Origin: a virus
Lineage: Duplodnaviria; Caudoviricetes
IMG/VR virus record: IMGVR_UViG_3300011883_000002
Span: 1 to 64,000 of that record
DNA: 64,000 nt
Strand: one strand, 5' to 3'
Part shown: positions 16,924-24,506 of the stretch, one piece after another
Layout of the letters: each line of letters opens with the position of its first letter
Numbering within the stretch: position 1 is the stretch's first letter
Program-made: the position numbers and the translations under genes
Notes under the pieces: model-generated
What the model saw: only the letters and a program-made list of their open reading frames with translations
Told to the model about the DNA's origin: nothing
The model's database searches: none

Positions 16924-17511
16924 ATGGAAAAGAAGAACATTGCAAAATTGACTTACAACGTCAAAAAAGAGAGATTATCTGTAACCTACAAAAGTTTAAA
17001 GGTTGCAAAAGGTGGTAGGATATTCAGCGAGGAGCACACGCACGACTCGGATCAACCTCTGCACCGCAGCTTGGATAACATCCTGAAGGCACTTCGACCA
17101 CATTTGCTTTACGCAACTGAGCTGGCTGGAGAGAATATTAAGCTTGATGAGGAGCTGGATGCTAAGAAATGGTTCAACAACTTCGAGTTTGAGGAGGAGA
17201 AGCTATTCCAGGGACTGCAGGTTACATCCGTAGAGTTTATCGGTAATGAAGCTATCGACGGTATCCGCATCAAAGGCTATCGTGAGACTCAGAACACCGA
17301 TAAACCTCAACAAGTAAAGCTGGACACGTTCCCAATCATGTTTGAAGGTTTGGATAACCCTTATCCGCTTCAATTTATTGTTGAAGAGCAAGCAGACGAT
17401 CTGGAGACTTGTGTTCAGAACTGGTTGAAGGGAGACACCAGTGTTGAGCAGGCACCGGCAAATCAGCATTCGGCTAAGGATATGGCTTTAGATGAAGATC
17501 GTGCGTTTTAG
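16924..17511 (+). CDS. acidic conserved hypothetical protein
   Basis: 195-aa ORF, A-rich start context. Confidence 0.75.
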   Translation: MEKKNIAKLTYNVKKERLSVTYKSLKVAKGGRIFSEEHTHDSDQPLHRSLDNILKALRPHLLYATELAGENIKLDEELDAKKWFNNFEFEEEKLFQGLQVTSVEFIGNEAIDGIRIKGYRETQNTDKPQQVKLDTFPIMFEGLDNPYPLQFIVEEQADDLETCVQNWLKGDTSVEQAPANQHSAKDMALDEDRAF

Positions 17512-17528
17512 ATTTAAAGAGTAAAGTC

Positions 17529-17536
17529 TATATTTG
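17529..17536 (+). promoter_or_regulatory. -7 promoter box
   Basis: TATATTTG(CA). Confidence 0.7.
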
Positions 17537-17540
17537 CACC

Positions 17541-17622
17541 ATCATCGCAGCGTCCTGCTGCCTTGCCTCTTGAATTTTACTTTTTAGCCCTGGATCTGGT
17601 AAATCCGGGGCTTTTGTTTTTT
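17541..17622 (+). ncRNA. candidate ~80-nt small RNA
   Basis: Promoter box, GCAGC/GCTGC hairpin, then intrinsic terminator; no ORF. Confidence 0.5.
17586..17622 (+). terminator. intrinsic terminator
   Basis: AGCCCTGGAT/ATCCGGGGCT stem plus T tract. Confidence 0.85.
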
Positions 17623-17680
17623 TATAGATTTCTGTATCGGCTATTTTAAGCCGTTTTAAGCGACTTTAATATCAAACCCT

Positions 17681-17857
17681 ATGTCAGTATCCAAAAAAGA
17701 AAATAAATCGGTTGTAGCCTATCAGATTGAGCGAAATAAGGTATGGGAGGAGTTGCATGGTGTGTTCTTCTGCGAGAAAGAGACAGAGCAGGGTGGAAAG
17801 ATGTGTGAGGTTCAGTGCGAGAAGTGCAAGTGCCACTATACGGATATGCTTAAATAA
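17681..17857 (+). CDS. 58-aa Cys-rich (zinc-finger-like) protein
   Basis: Hand translation MSVSKKENK...FFCEKETEQGGKMCEVQCEKCKCHYTDMLK. Confidence 0.65.
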   Translation: MSVSKKENKSVVAYQIERNKVWEELHGVFFCEKETEQGGKMCEVQCEKCKCHYTDMLK

Positions 17858-18136
17858 AATTAACATTAATACTTGTTTGTTAAATAAAATTAATTACGTT
17901 TGTGCTATGGAAACAGTTACACAAGATTTTAAAAAGAAAGTAGATCAGCGTATTTCCTCTATGGGGATTAAGAAGAGCTACCTGGCATCACAGATGGGAT
18001 TAGATCCTGTACGTTTTAGCCAAACAATGAAGGGAATTAGAAAAATTCAGCCGACAGAATTGTCAAAATTGAAGTCATGCCTTGGAATGAGAGACTAAAG
18101 TCTTTTTTTGGCTCCCAACAGTTTAACAAAAATTAA
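17850..18136. promoter_or_regulatory. three TTAA-N6-TTAA operator-like sites and promoter TTG-N19-TACGTTTG
   Basis: TTAAATAAAATTAA at 17850-17863 and 17880-17893; TTAACAAAAATTAA at 18123-18136; promoter 17873-17902. Confidence 0.65.
17907..18098 (+). CDS. Cro/XRE-like HTH regulator, probably leaderless
   Basis: GIKKSYLASQMGLDPVRFSQTMKGIRKI HTH; ATG 4 nt after the -7 box. Confidence 0.8.
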   Translation: METVTQDFKKKVDQRISSMGIKKSYLASQMGLDPVRFSQTMKGIRKIQPTELSKLKSCLGMRD

Positions 18137-18158
18137 CAACACGTAAAATTCAAGAACA

Positions 18159-18473
18159 ATGTTACAACCAATCAAATGCGCGAGGTGCTTCCACCAGGAA
18201 AATCGCAACGTTAAAAAAAACAGGCAGTGGACCAGCTTCTGCACCAAATGTGGAAATCAAGTCCGTATCGTAAGCAAGCATGACGCTGGCTATTTGGACA
18301 AAGATGTGGAGCCGATGTTCTTCGGGCCATACAAGGGAAGGATCATATCGACTTTAACCGCTCCGGAAGAGCTGGAGTATTTGATCCACTTAACCAGGAC
18401 TGCTCAGGGGCCGGACTTAATGAGGGCTGTGGAAGCTCACCTTGAAACTGTTTATTCACCACAAACCATTTAA
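18159..18473 (+). CDS. zinc-ribbon protein with MFFGPYKG domain
   Basis: CARC...CTKC; MFFGPYKGR resembles the MPFGKYKG family. Confidence 0.65.
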   Translation: MLQPIKCARCFHQENRNVKKNRQWTSFCTKCGNQVRIVSKHDAGYLDKDVEPMFFGPYKGRIISTLTAPEELEYLIHLTRTAQGPDLMRAVEAHLETVYSPQTI

Positions 18474-18484
18474 AAATTAAGATT

Positions 18485-18736
18485 ATGAAAATTGAAACAA
18501 AATTTAAGTTAGGACAAACAGTTTTTTTCTTGAACTCTTCAGGTATTGTCTCTGCTGAAATTACAGCTTGTAACATTTATTGTGACACTAAAGCTGTTAA
18601 TAACGAAATTATTTATGGGTTTAATGGAGGTTTTGAGCCATCTTATCCGATGTCGAAAGACGAGTCTCAGCTATATTTTGTCATCACCGAAAAGAGGTGT
18701 TTTTCAACAAGGGAAGAACTTATTGCTTCGTTGTAG
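18485..18736 (+). CDS. hypothetical protein
   Basis: MKIETKFKLGQTVFFL pattern common in phage ORFs. Confidence 0.7.
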   Translation: MKIETKFKLGQTVFFLNSSGIVSAEITACNIYCDTKAVNNEIIYGFNGGFEPSYPMSKDESQLYFVITEKRCFSTREELIASL

Positions 18737-18738
18737 AT

Positions 18739-19440
18739 ATGGCAAAGTCTCCTGCATTTCAATTTTATGCTTCAGACTTTCTGACTGATACCCAGAGTTG
18801 GGATGTTAATGAAGTCGGAATTTACATAAGGTTGCTTTCTAATCAGTGGGTTAATGGCAGCTTGCCTGGAGATTTAATTAGGCTATCAAGGATAGCAGGA
18901 TGCGAACATGAAATGTTTAAAAAGGCCTGGGTTATTTTGGGTTTAAAGTTTTTAAAGAATAATGATGGAAGTCTGTATAACCGAAAATTGGAGTCTGTTC
19001 GTGAAGCCAGTGATAGGTTTAAGGAAAAACAGGCTTTAAATGGTAGTAAAGGCGGAAGACCACCTAAAAACAAAAACCCAGAAGAAACCCAAATAAAACC
19101 CAAACAAAACCCAGAGCATAACCCAAACAAAAGCTCTTCTTCTTCTTCTTCTAATAGATATATAAATATATCTTTTGATGATTTCTGGAATGAGTATGAT
19201 AAAAAGGTAGGTGATAAAAGTAAGATTCAGAGAAAATGGGAAAACCTAAAAGACGAGGATAGAACTAAGACAATGGAGCATTTACCTAAATACAAAATGG
19301 CACAACCGAATAAGAAGTTCCGTAAAGACCCAGAAACATATTTGAATAACAAATCTTGGAACGATGAGATTATATCAGATGACGATGTTGCAGATGTGAA
19401 ACAACTAAAATTCGCAGAATTGGACGCAAGTAATTTTTAG
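18739..19440 (+). CDS. DUF1376/YdaU-family replisome organiser (initiator)
   Basis: KSPAFQFYASDFL...EVGIYIRLL...QW..GSLP; C-terminal FDDFWNEY.KKVG...KDPETYLN; start ATG 18739. Confidence 0.85.
   Translation: MAKSPAFQFYASDFLTDTQSWDVNEVGIYIRLLSNQWVNGSLPGDLIRLSRIAGCEHEMFKKAWVILGLKFLKNNDGSLYNRKLESVREASDRFKEKQALNGSKGGRPPKNKNPEETQIKPKQNPEHNPNKSSSSSSSNRYINISFDDFWNEYDKKVGDKSKIQRKWENLKDEDRTKTMEHLPKYKMAQPNKKFRKDPETYLNNKSWNDEIISDDDVADVKQLKFAELDASNF
19071..19175 (+). other. putative replication origin inside the initiator gene
   Basis: AACCCA x5 at spacings 11,11,11,12; (TCT)6; AT-rich near-palindrome GATATATAAATATATC. Confidence 0.65.
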
Positions 19441-19442
19441 AT

Positions 19443-20426
19443 ATGAAATTAATGGACTATACAGACAAGATCATGGAACACCATAAAAACGGTCATGCCA
19501 GAGGATCTGAACTTGGGTTTAAATGCCTAAAGGATTTGATAACGTTCAAGTCTAAACATACAACTTACATTTTGGGGTATCCTCGTGCCGGCAAAACAGA
19601 GTTTCACTTGGAGATATTGTTTAACCTAACTGAAAGCAAAGGGGAACGTCACGCATTGATGTCGCCAGAAATCGGTGGCGTGGAGGATGTAATTGCAGAG
19701 TTAATCAGTAAATACCTTAGAAAAAACTTCTTCAAGTCCTCTGCTAACTACGCAGCGTCGGAGAAGGAAATCTATTCAGCAATGGCTTTTCTGTCAGAGT
19801 ACTTTTATCCCCTGGATAACGACGAAAAGGATTACGACATTGATATGTTTTACGAGGATTGTTTGAAAATTGAGAAAGACAATAAGATCAAGCTAAACAC
19901 AACTTCGATTGATCCTTGGAATGATCTGGAAGAGAACCTTACTGAATACGGTGGTAGAGAGGATAAGTATCTGGCAGCTGCACTTCGTAAAGTTAGGTCA
20001 AGAGCAAAGAAGCACGATTGGCATAATTTCATCATTACACACGCCAGAGATATGCCGCCTATTGAGTTAAAAAGTACGGACGGTGGTAAGGTTGTTTGTA
20101 CGCCTATCCCTACTTTACAGAGCTTCGCTGGTGGGCAGGTTTGGTCACGACGAGCTTACAACGTTATCGGTATGTGGAAACCTGAAAAGACTGCTATAAA
20201 CAAGCGGACCGGTATGCCATACGCAGATAACGAGGTTATGGTTAAGGTTTTAAAATCCAAACCTAAAGGATCTGGATCACTGGGTTTTGATTATATTTTC
20301 TACGATTGGAAGACAAACCGTTATTACGAGGAGATAGATGGTAAGAAATATTACGCCTTTGAATACCTTAAAATTCCACCTCAGTTAGATTTTAGTCCTT
20401 CAGGGCTGGTAGATTTACCTTTTTAA
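19443..20426 (+). CDS. SF4 (DnaB/T7 gp4-like) replicative helicase, no primase domain
   Basis: Walker A GYPRAGKT; Walker B SIDPWN; ITHARD; follows initiator; ends DLPF. Confidence 0.85.
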   Translation: MKLMDYTDKIMEHHKNGHARGSELGFKCLKDLITFKSKHTTYILGYPRAGKTEFHLEILFNLTESKGERHALMSPEIGGVEDVIAELISKYLRKNFFKSSANYAASEKEIYSAMAFLSEYFYPLDNDEKDYDIDMFYEDCLKIEKDNKIKLNTTSIDPWNDLEENLTEYGGREDKYLAAALRKVRSRAKKHDWHNFIITHARDMPPIELKSTDGGKVVCTPIPTLQSFAGGQVWSRRAYNVIGMWKPEKTAINKRTGMPYADNEVMVKVLKSKPKGSGSLGFDYIFYDWKTNRYYEEIDGKKYYAFEYLKIPPQLDFSPSGLVDLPF

Positions 20427-20429
20427 TTT

Positions 20430-20819
20430 ATGGCAAACGATCAAGACATTTGGAGAGAAAACAAGATGACAGCCAGGGAGCTTTACTACCTTGGGTTATC
20501 TGAAATTTACCTTGCGGAAGTGGAGGACTTGCATGGTCCAATAGTGAAAATACTTCAAGCTAAGGGTGTTGTTGTCGAGATTGAAAGCGATTTGTTGAGT
20601 TTTGTCGCTAAAAACGGAGACAATGAGCGTTCCATTAAGCAGGCAGAGCGTATAGGGATTCTTAAAGAGGCTTTTAACCACATCGACAAGGTTAGCGCAG
20701 TAAATGTGGAAATGAGGGTGATTATAAGGAAAAACTCGAGAGACATCTATGCTCTTCAGCAAGAAATATCCGAACTAAAGCGAGAACTGGAGATTAAAAA
20801 TAAGAGTTTGGATGACTGA
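20430..20819 (+). CDS. coiled-coil hypothetical protein
   Basis: ORF in operon. Confidence 0.7.
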   Translation: MANDQDIWRENKMTARELYYLGLSEIYLAEVEDLHGPIVKILQAKGVVVEIESDLLSFVAKNGDNERSIKQAERIGILKEAFNHIDKVSAVNVEMRVIIRKNSRDIYALQQEISELKRELEIKNKSLDD

Positions 20820-21123
20820 TCTATCGTTTTATGAGGCTGAAGTTTTTAGAAAACTTGATCTTCACTGTGAGTTGCTGAAATGGTACAATATTGAAAAGAG
20901 GCCGGATAGACAGGAATTTACAGAGGCGGTTAAGCTAAGAATAGACCTGTACAATGACTTCGAGTTCAGCGGTGACTGGAACTACATTAGACGGATAAAC
21001 ACAATGGAGTCCTTCACAAAGGAGGCTCAGATAGAATACTGGCATGGGGTTATGCAGAAGCACAGGGCCGAGCATCCGCTGCCGATTACAATTAAACCAG
21101 CAGACTCCCGGAAGAGGAGATAA
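20812..21123 (+). CDS. hypothetical protein
   Basis: Overlapping coupled ORF. Confidence 0.65.
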   Translation: MTDLSFYEAEVFRKLDLHCELLKWYNIEKRPDRQEFTEAVKLRIDLYNDFEFSGDWNYIRRINTMESFTKEAQIEYWHGVMQKHRAEHPLPITIKPADSRKRR

Positions 21124-21133
21124 AAAAGTCAAT

Positions 21134-21910
21134 ATGGAAACATCAAATAAAATGGAACCAAAAGCCGGTCAGACAATAGTAGTTTGGTTTTCATGTGGTG
21201 CGGCAAGTGCAGTAGCTGCTAAAATGACCATTGAAAAATATGGAGAAACGAACACCATTAGGATAGTTAATAATCCGATTAAAGAGGAACATGAAGATAA
21301 TTTTAGGTTTCTTAAAGATTGCGAAAAATGGTTTGGGATACCTATTGAGTTCGCTATAAATTCAAAATACAAATCTTTCTCATGTATTGATGTATGGGAT
21401 GAAGAGAACATAATGTCAAATATTCATGGTTATGCGCCATGTACTGATGAGTTAAAAAAGAAAGCTAGATATGAATGGGAAGTTAAAAACCGAGCAGATT
21501 GGACTGTATTAGGCTTTACCAAAGAAGAAAATTCAAGGTTTGAAAGGTTCCAATTAAAAGAAAGGGCTACAAGCCTATATATTCTAAAGGAAACATCAAA
21601 GGCTCAATGTTTTGAGATGGTAATGAATGCTGGAATTAAATTGCCTGAAATCTATGAAATGGGGTTTCCTAATGCTAATTGCATAGGATGCGTTAAAGCA
21701 ACCTCCCCTACATACTGGAATTTAGTTAGACAAAAGTTCCCTGCCATATTCGATCAAAGAGCGAAACAAAGTAGAGAAATGGGTACAAATGGAGCTAAGC
21801 TAGTAAGAGTAAAAGGTAAAAGAATATTCTTAGATGAACTAGATCCTAAGGCAAGAGGTGGCAATCTAAAGGATTTGAATTTCGAATGCGGTATATTTTG
21901 CTCAAAATAA
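21134..21910 (+). CDS. PAPS-reductase-like / PP-loop adenine-nucleotide alpha-hydrolase with Cys cluster
   Basis: VVWFSCGAASAVA PP-loop; PCT..LKK; NANCIGCVK; C-terminal ECGIFC; start ATG 21134. Confidence 0.8.
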   Translation: METSNKMEPKAGQTIVVWFSCGAASAVAAKMTIEKYGETNTIRIVNNPIKEEHEDNFRFLKDCEKWFGIPIEFAINSKYKSFSCIDVWDEENIMSNIHGYAPCTDELKKKARYEWEVKNRADWTVLGFTKEENSRFERFQLKERATSLYILKETSKAQCFEMVMNAGIKLPEIYEMGFPNANCIGCVKATSPTYWNLVRQKFPAIFDQRAKQSREMGTNGAKLVRVKGKRIFLDELDPKARGGNLKDLNFECGIFCSK

Positions 21911-21952
21911 ATAGTCCGTAATGTGGTAGTCAATACCAACTTTAAAAATAAT

Positions 21953-21960
21953 TACCTTTG
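21953..21960 (+). promoter_or_regulatory. -7 promoter box at start of the late region
   Basis: TACCTTTG. Confidence 0.65.
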
Positions 21961-21983
21961 GTTAAACCTTAAAAATTAAGATC

Positions 21984-22430
21984 ATGGCAAAAGCTAAAAA
22001 AGAAGTAACTCCTGAAGTTGCAAATGAAATCAACTTAGAGAAGACTGGTGACGAGAAACCTTCAGCGACTCAGACTATCCCTCCTGTTGTTGAAGAAGTC
22101 GAAAATCCGAAGGCATCTTCAGAGGAGGTTATCACTGGCGAGAGCGATGCAACCGAGCACGAGTTGGCGCAGGGTATGCTTCCAAAGAAGAAAAGCATGG
22201 ACTTCAAAGTTGACCCGAACGAGGTTAAGGCTGTTGCTTATGCGGCAGAGGATATGGTCGCTATGTACGACAAGTTTGTAAAGAAATTCAACGGTAAGCC
22301 GGACGAAATCTTTATCAATACGGTGACGCTTGAGAAGCTTGGTTATAGAGACACTGTTTCTGCCTTGGGGCTTCACATCCGTGAAAGTTCTGTGTACAAC
22401 GAAAACGAATTGGTTCTGGCTATTTCCTAA
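21984..22430 (+). CDS. hypothetical protein with acidic low-complexity N-terminus
   Basis: ORF after promoter. Confidence 0.75.
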   Translation: MAKAKKEVTPEVANEINLEKTGDEKPSATQTIPPVVEEVENPKASSEEVITGESDATEHELAQGMLPKKKSMDFKVDPNEVKAVAYAAEDMVAMYDKFVKKFNGKPDEIFINTVTLEKLGYRDTVSALGLHIRESSVYNENELVLAIS

Positions 22431-22435
22431 TCAGT

Positions 22436-23260
22436 ATGGATAGGTTAGCACAGCCAAATGACACACCACACCCCGATGGTTTTCAAATCAAGACCATCGA
22501 GGGTTTTGGTCCTAACAAGGATTACTGGAGGATCGCTAATAACCTTGTTCGTGGATCCCGGATATACAAAAAGCTTACTTTAAAAATTTACCGTATCTCC
22601 AGGGTTAAAAGCCAGTACCGGAAAACTCGGCTTAAATACGAAGGTCTTTATCGTGAACTGCTGAAGGAATTTAAGGCCTACGAGAAGGATGTTGATAAGG
22701 AGTACCGGAAGCAGGCGAGGGAAGTTGACAAATTAAAGAGAGAGATTTTACGGTATAAAGCGACGATTAAACGCTTAACTGAAAGAGATAAACTGAAAAA
22801 CAAAATACATCGAGGAGATGTGATCAGAAACCGGGGACTTGAAGCAAAATTATCCAAGGTTCGCAGTGTAGAGGTGTTTTTAACAAGAAAACTTGAGTGG
22901 GGTAATGGAGATTACATCTACAAGAGAGCCGAGCTGATGCTTCGTTCTCTTTTTGCGTTTAGAGATGCTGAAGCTAAAGGTGAGATCACTTTCACCGAAA
23001 CGGTTTACCTGGCAGTTGGCACCCAGTTGGATGCTTTCAGTAAGGAGCACATTCAAGAGCGGTTCGGACCTGATGTTGTGAAGTGGTTTGGTCGGGATAC
23101 GAAGAGGTTGATTGAGAAGGGATATATCCGTAGATTTGAGCGTAAGGCGTTGTTTTATATCACCCTGGAGGGTAGAGAGAAGATAATGTCTGTAATGAGG
23201 GCGGCTTATTCTAAGTCGTTCAATCCATATTGGGAAGGGATATTTACAGATAAAAAATGA
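22436..23260 (+). CDS. basic coiled-coil protein with C-terminal MarR-like wHTH (possible late regulator)
   Basis: KRLIEKGYIRR...FYITLEGRE wing motif. Confidence 0.6.
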   Translation: MDRLAQPNDTPHPDGFQIKTIEGFGPNKDYWRIANNLVRGSRIYKKLTLKIYRISRVKSQYRKTRLKYEGLYRELLKEFKAYEKDVDKEYRKQAREVDKLKREILRYKATIKRLTERDKLKNKIHRGDVIRNRGLEAKLSKVRSVEVFLTRKLEWGNGDYIYKRAELMLRSLFAFRDAEAKGEITFTETVYLAVGTQLDAFSKEHIQERFGPDVVKWFGRDTKRLIEKGYIRRFERKALFYITLEGREKIMSVMRAAYSKSFNPYWEGIFTDKK

Positions 23261-24105
23261 TAAAAATTACTAACGAGAACTACTTGCTATCGCCTATCAT
23301 TGATCATAAGTTGAAATACGACTTGGGCGGCATAGAAATCCAAATTGAGAAACAGTACGAAAATAACCTACGATTACGGAATTGCCAGCTCGGTGTTGTT
23401 GAAGCGATACCTGCAGAAAATCCTCTAAGTTTATCCTTAGGGGATATTGTGTTTGTACACCACCTTACTTTTCAAAGGGGCATTAATCGGGGGAGGGATT
23501 TTATAAAAGAACAGCACGTTATCTTCCGTGGCAAGGAACTGTACCAGTGTCCGGCTCGATCAGTGTTCTTTAAATACAATGACAAGACAATTACCCCAAC
23601 TGGAGATGTTGTTATCGTACAGGGCGTTAAAATACCTGCAAAAGAACTTTACGAGGGAAGCTTGGAGTATTACCCAAATATGGCTGCAGTGGTGTTTCCA
23701 ACTGAGCATTACGATGAGGGTGATATTCTGTTCGTGGAGAACCATGCGATGTATCCTATTGATCTGCCGGGTTGCAAATTCTTTAAGATTTACCGCAGCG
23801 AGATTGTGGCTCAGATTGGTGCCGGAAATGTTGTGGTTCCTGGTATGGGCAGGGTGGTGGTGTTGGATGAGGATGCGGTTGTGAGGTCTACGTTGGATTT
23901 GTCTATGGTTCCCAAAGAGCCGACTGTAAAGTCTAAGATTGTAGCCTTAGGATCAATGCATGATGAGAAAAGAAATAGGTTCTTGGATCCAAACGAATTG
24001 AAGCTGGGGCAGAGAGTGCTTCGGGCTCGTGCTTCCGGGACTTTTGTTAATGGGGTTACAGTGTTGAATATTTTAGATGGAAGTATAAAAGGGGTATTAT
24101 GTTAG
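23257..24105 (+). CDS. protein with three tandem GroES(Cpn10)-like domains
   Basis: Three repeats of P.GD/GRVVV...VVA.G/P...L.LGD.V pattern. Confidence 0.6.
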   Translation: MIKITNENYLLSPIIDHKLKYDLGGIEIQIEKQYENNLRLRNCQLGVVEAIPAENPLSLSLGDIVFVHHLTFQRGINRGRDFIKEQHVIFRGKELYQCPARSVFFKYNDKTITPTGDVVIVQGVKIPAKELYEGSLEYYPNMAAVVFPTEHYDEGDILFVENHAMYPIDLPGCKFFKIYRSEIVAQIGAGNVVVPGMGRVVVLDEDAVVRSTLDLSMVPKEPTVKSKIVALGSMHDEKRNRFLDPNELKLGQRVLRARASGTFVNGVTVLNILDGSIKGVLC

Positions 24106-24506
24106 TAGATTCAAGTATCAGAACAGGCGATAAAAACGTAGATGATTACATAGCCTCCCTTGAAGGGGAGGTTTTGTCGTTTAGTGCTTCGAACAGCCGC
24201 AAGTTGATCCGTTCGATTGACAACATGGCTAAAAAGCTGTCTCATGACATGGATTTAATCGCTGCTGATCAGAAGAATGAAGATGATTCGGAGGTAGATC
24301 TTTCCGGTAAGCACGTGGACATCTATTTGAAGATGGTGGAGAAGGTGGATAAGATCACAAACTTCATCAAGGTTGTCGATTCCTTAGGGGAAGAGGATGC
24401 TCCTGACTTGTCTATCACCACTACTACCACGACTGAGACAGTAACGGAGAAGCTTGAAGATGTTAATTTCTTTGAGAAAATGAAGAGTAAAGTAGCTAAG
24501 AAATAA
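24099..24506 (+). CDS. probable terminase small subunit
   Basis: Helical 135-aa ORF coupled directly to TerL; position-based call. Confidence 0.5.
   Translation: MLVDSSIRTGDKNVDDYIASLEGEVLSFSASNSRKLIRSIDNMAKKLSHDMDLIAADQKNEDDSEVDLSGKHVDIYLKMVEKVDKITNFIKVVDSLGEEDAPDLSITTTTTTETVTEKLEDVNFFEKMKSKVAKK

Noticed and set aside
17552-17567. sRNA complementarity (CGUCC and CCUUGCC) to segment A of the 6741-6754 leader
   Set aside because: The pieces are 5 and 7 nt and in the wrong order for a continuous duplex; compatible with chance.
17684-17866. Minus-strand hydrophobic ORF as a type I toxin paired with the sRNA
   Set aside because: The plus strand holds a better Cys-rich ORF (17681-17857) in operon orientation; the hydrophobicity is an antisense artefact.
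19135-19152. (TCT)6 as a phase-variable microsatellite
   Set aside because: Unit length 3 keeps the frame (Ser run); better explained as part of the origin/linker.
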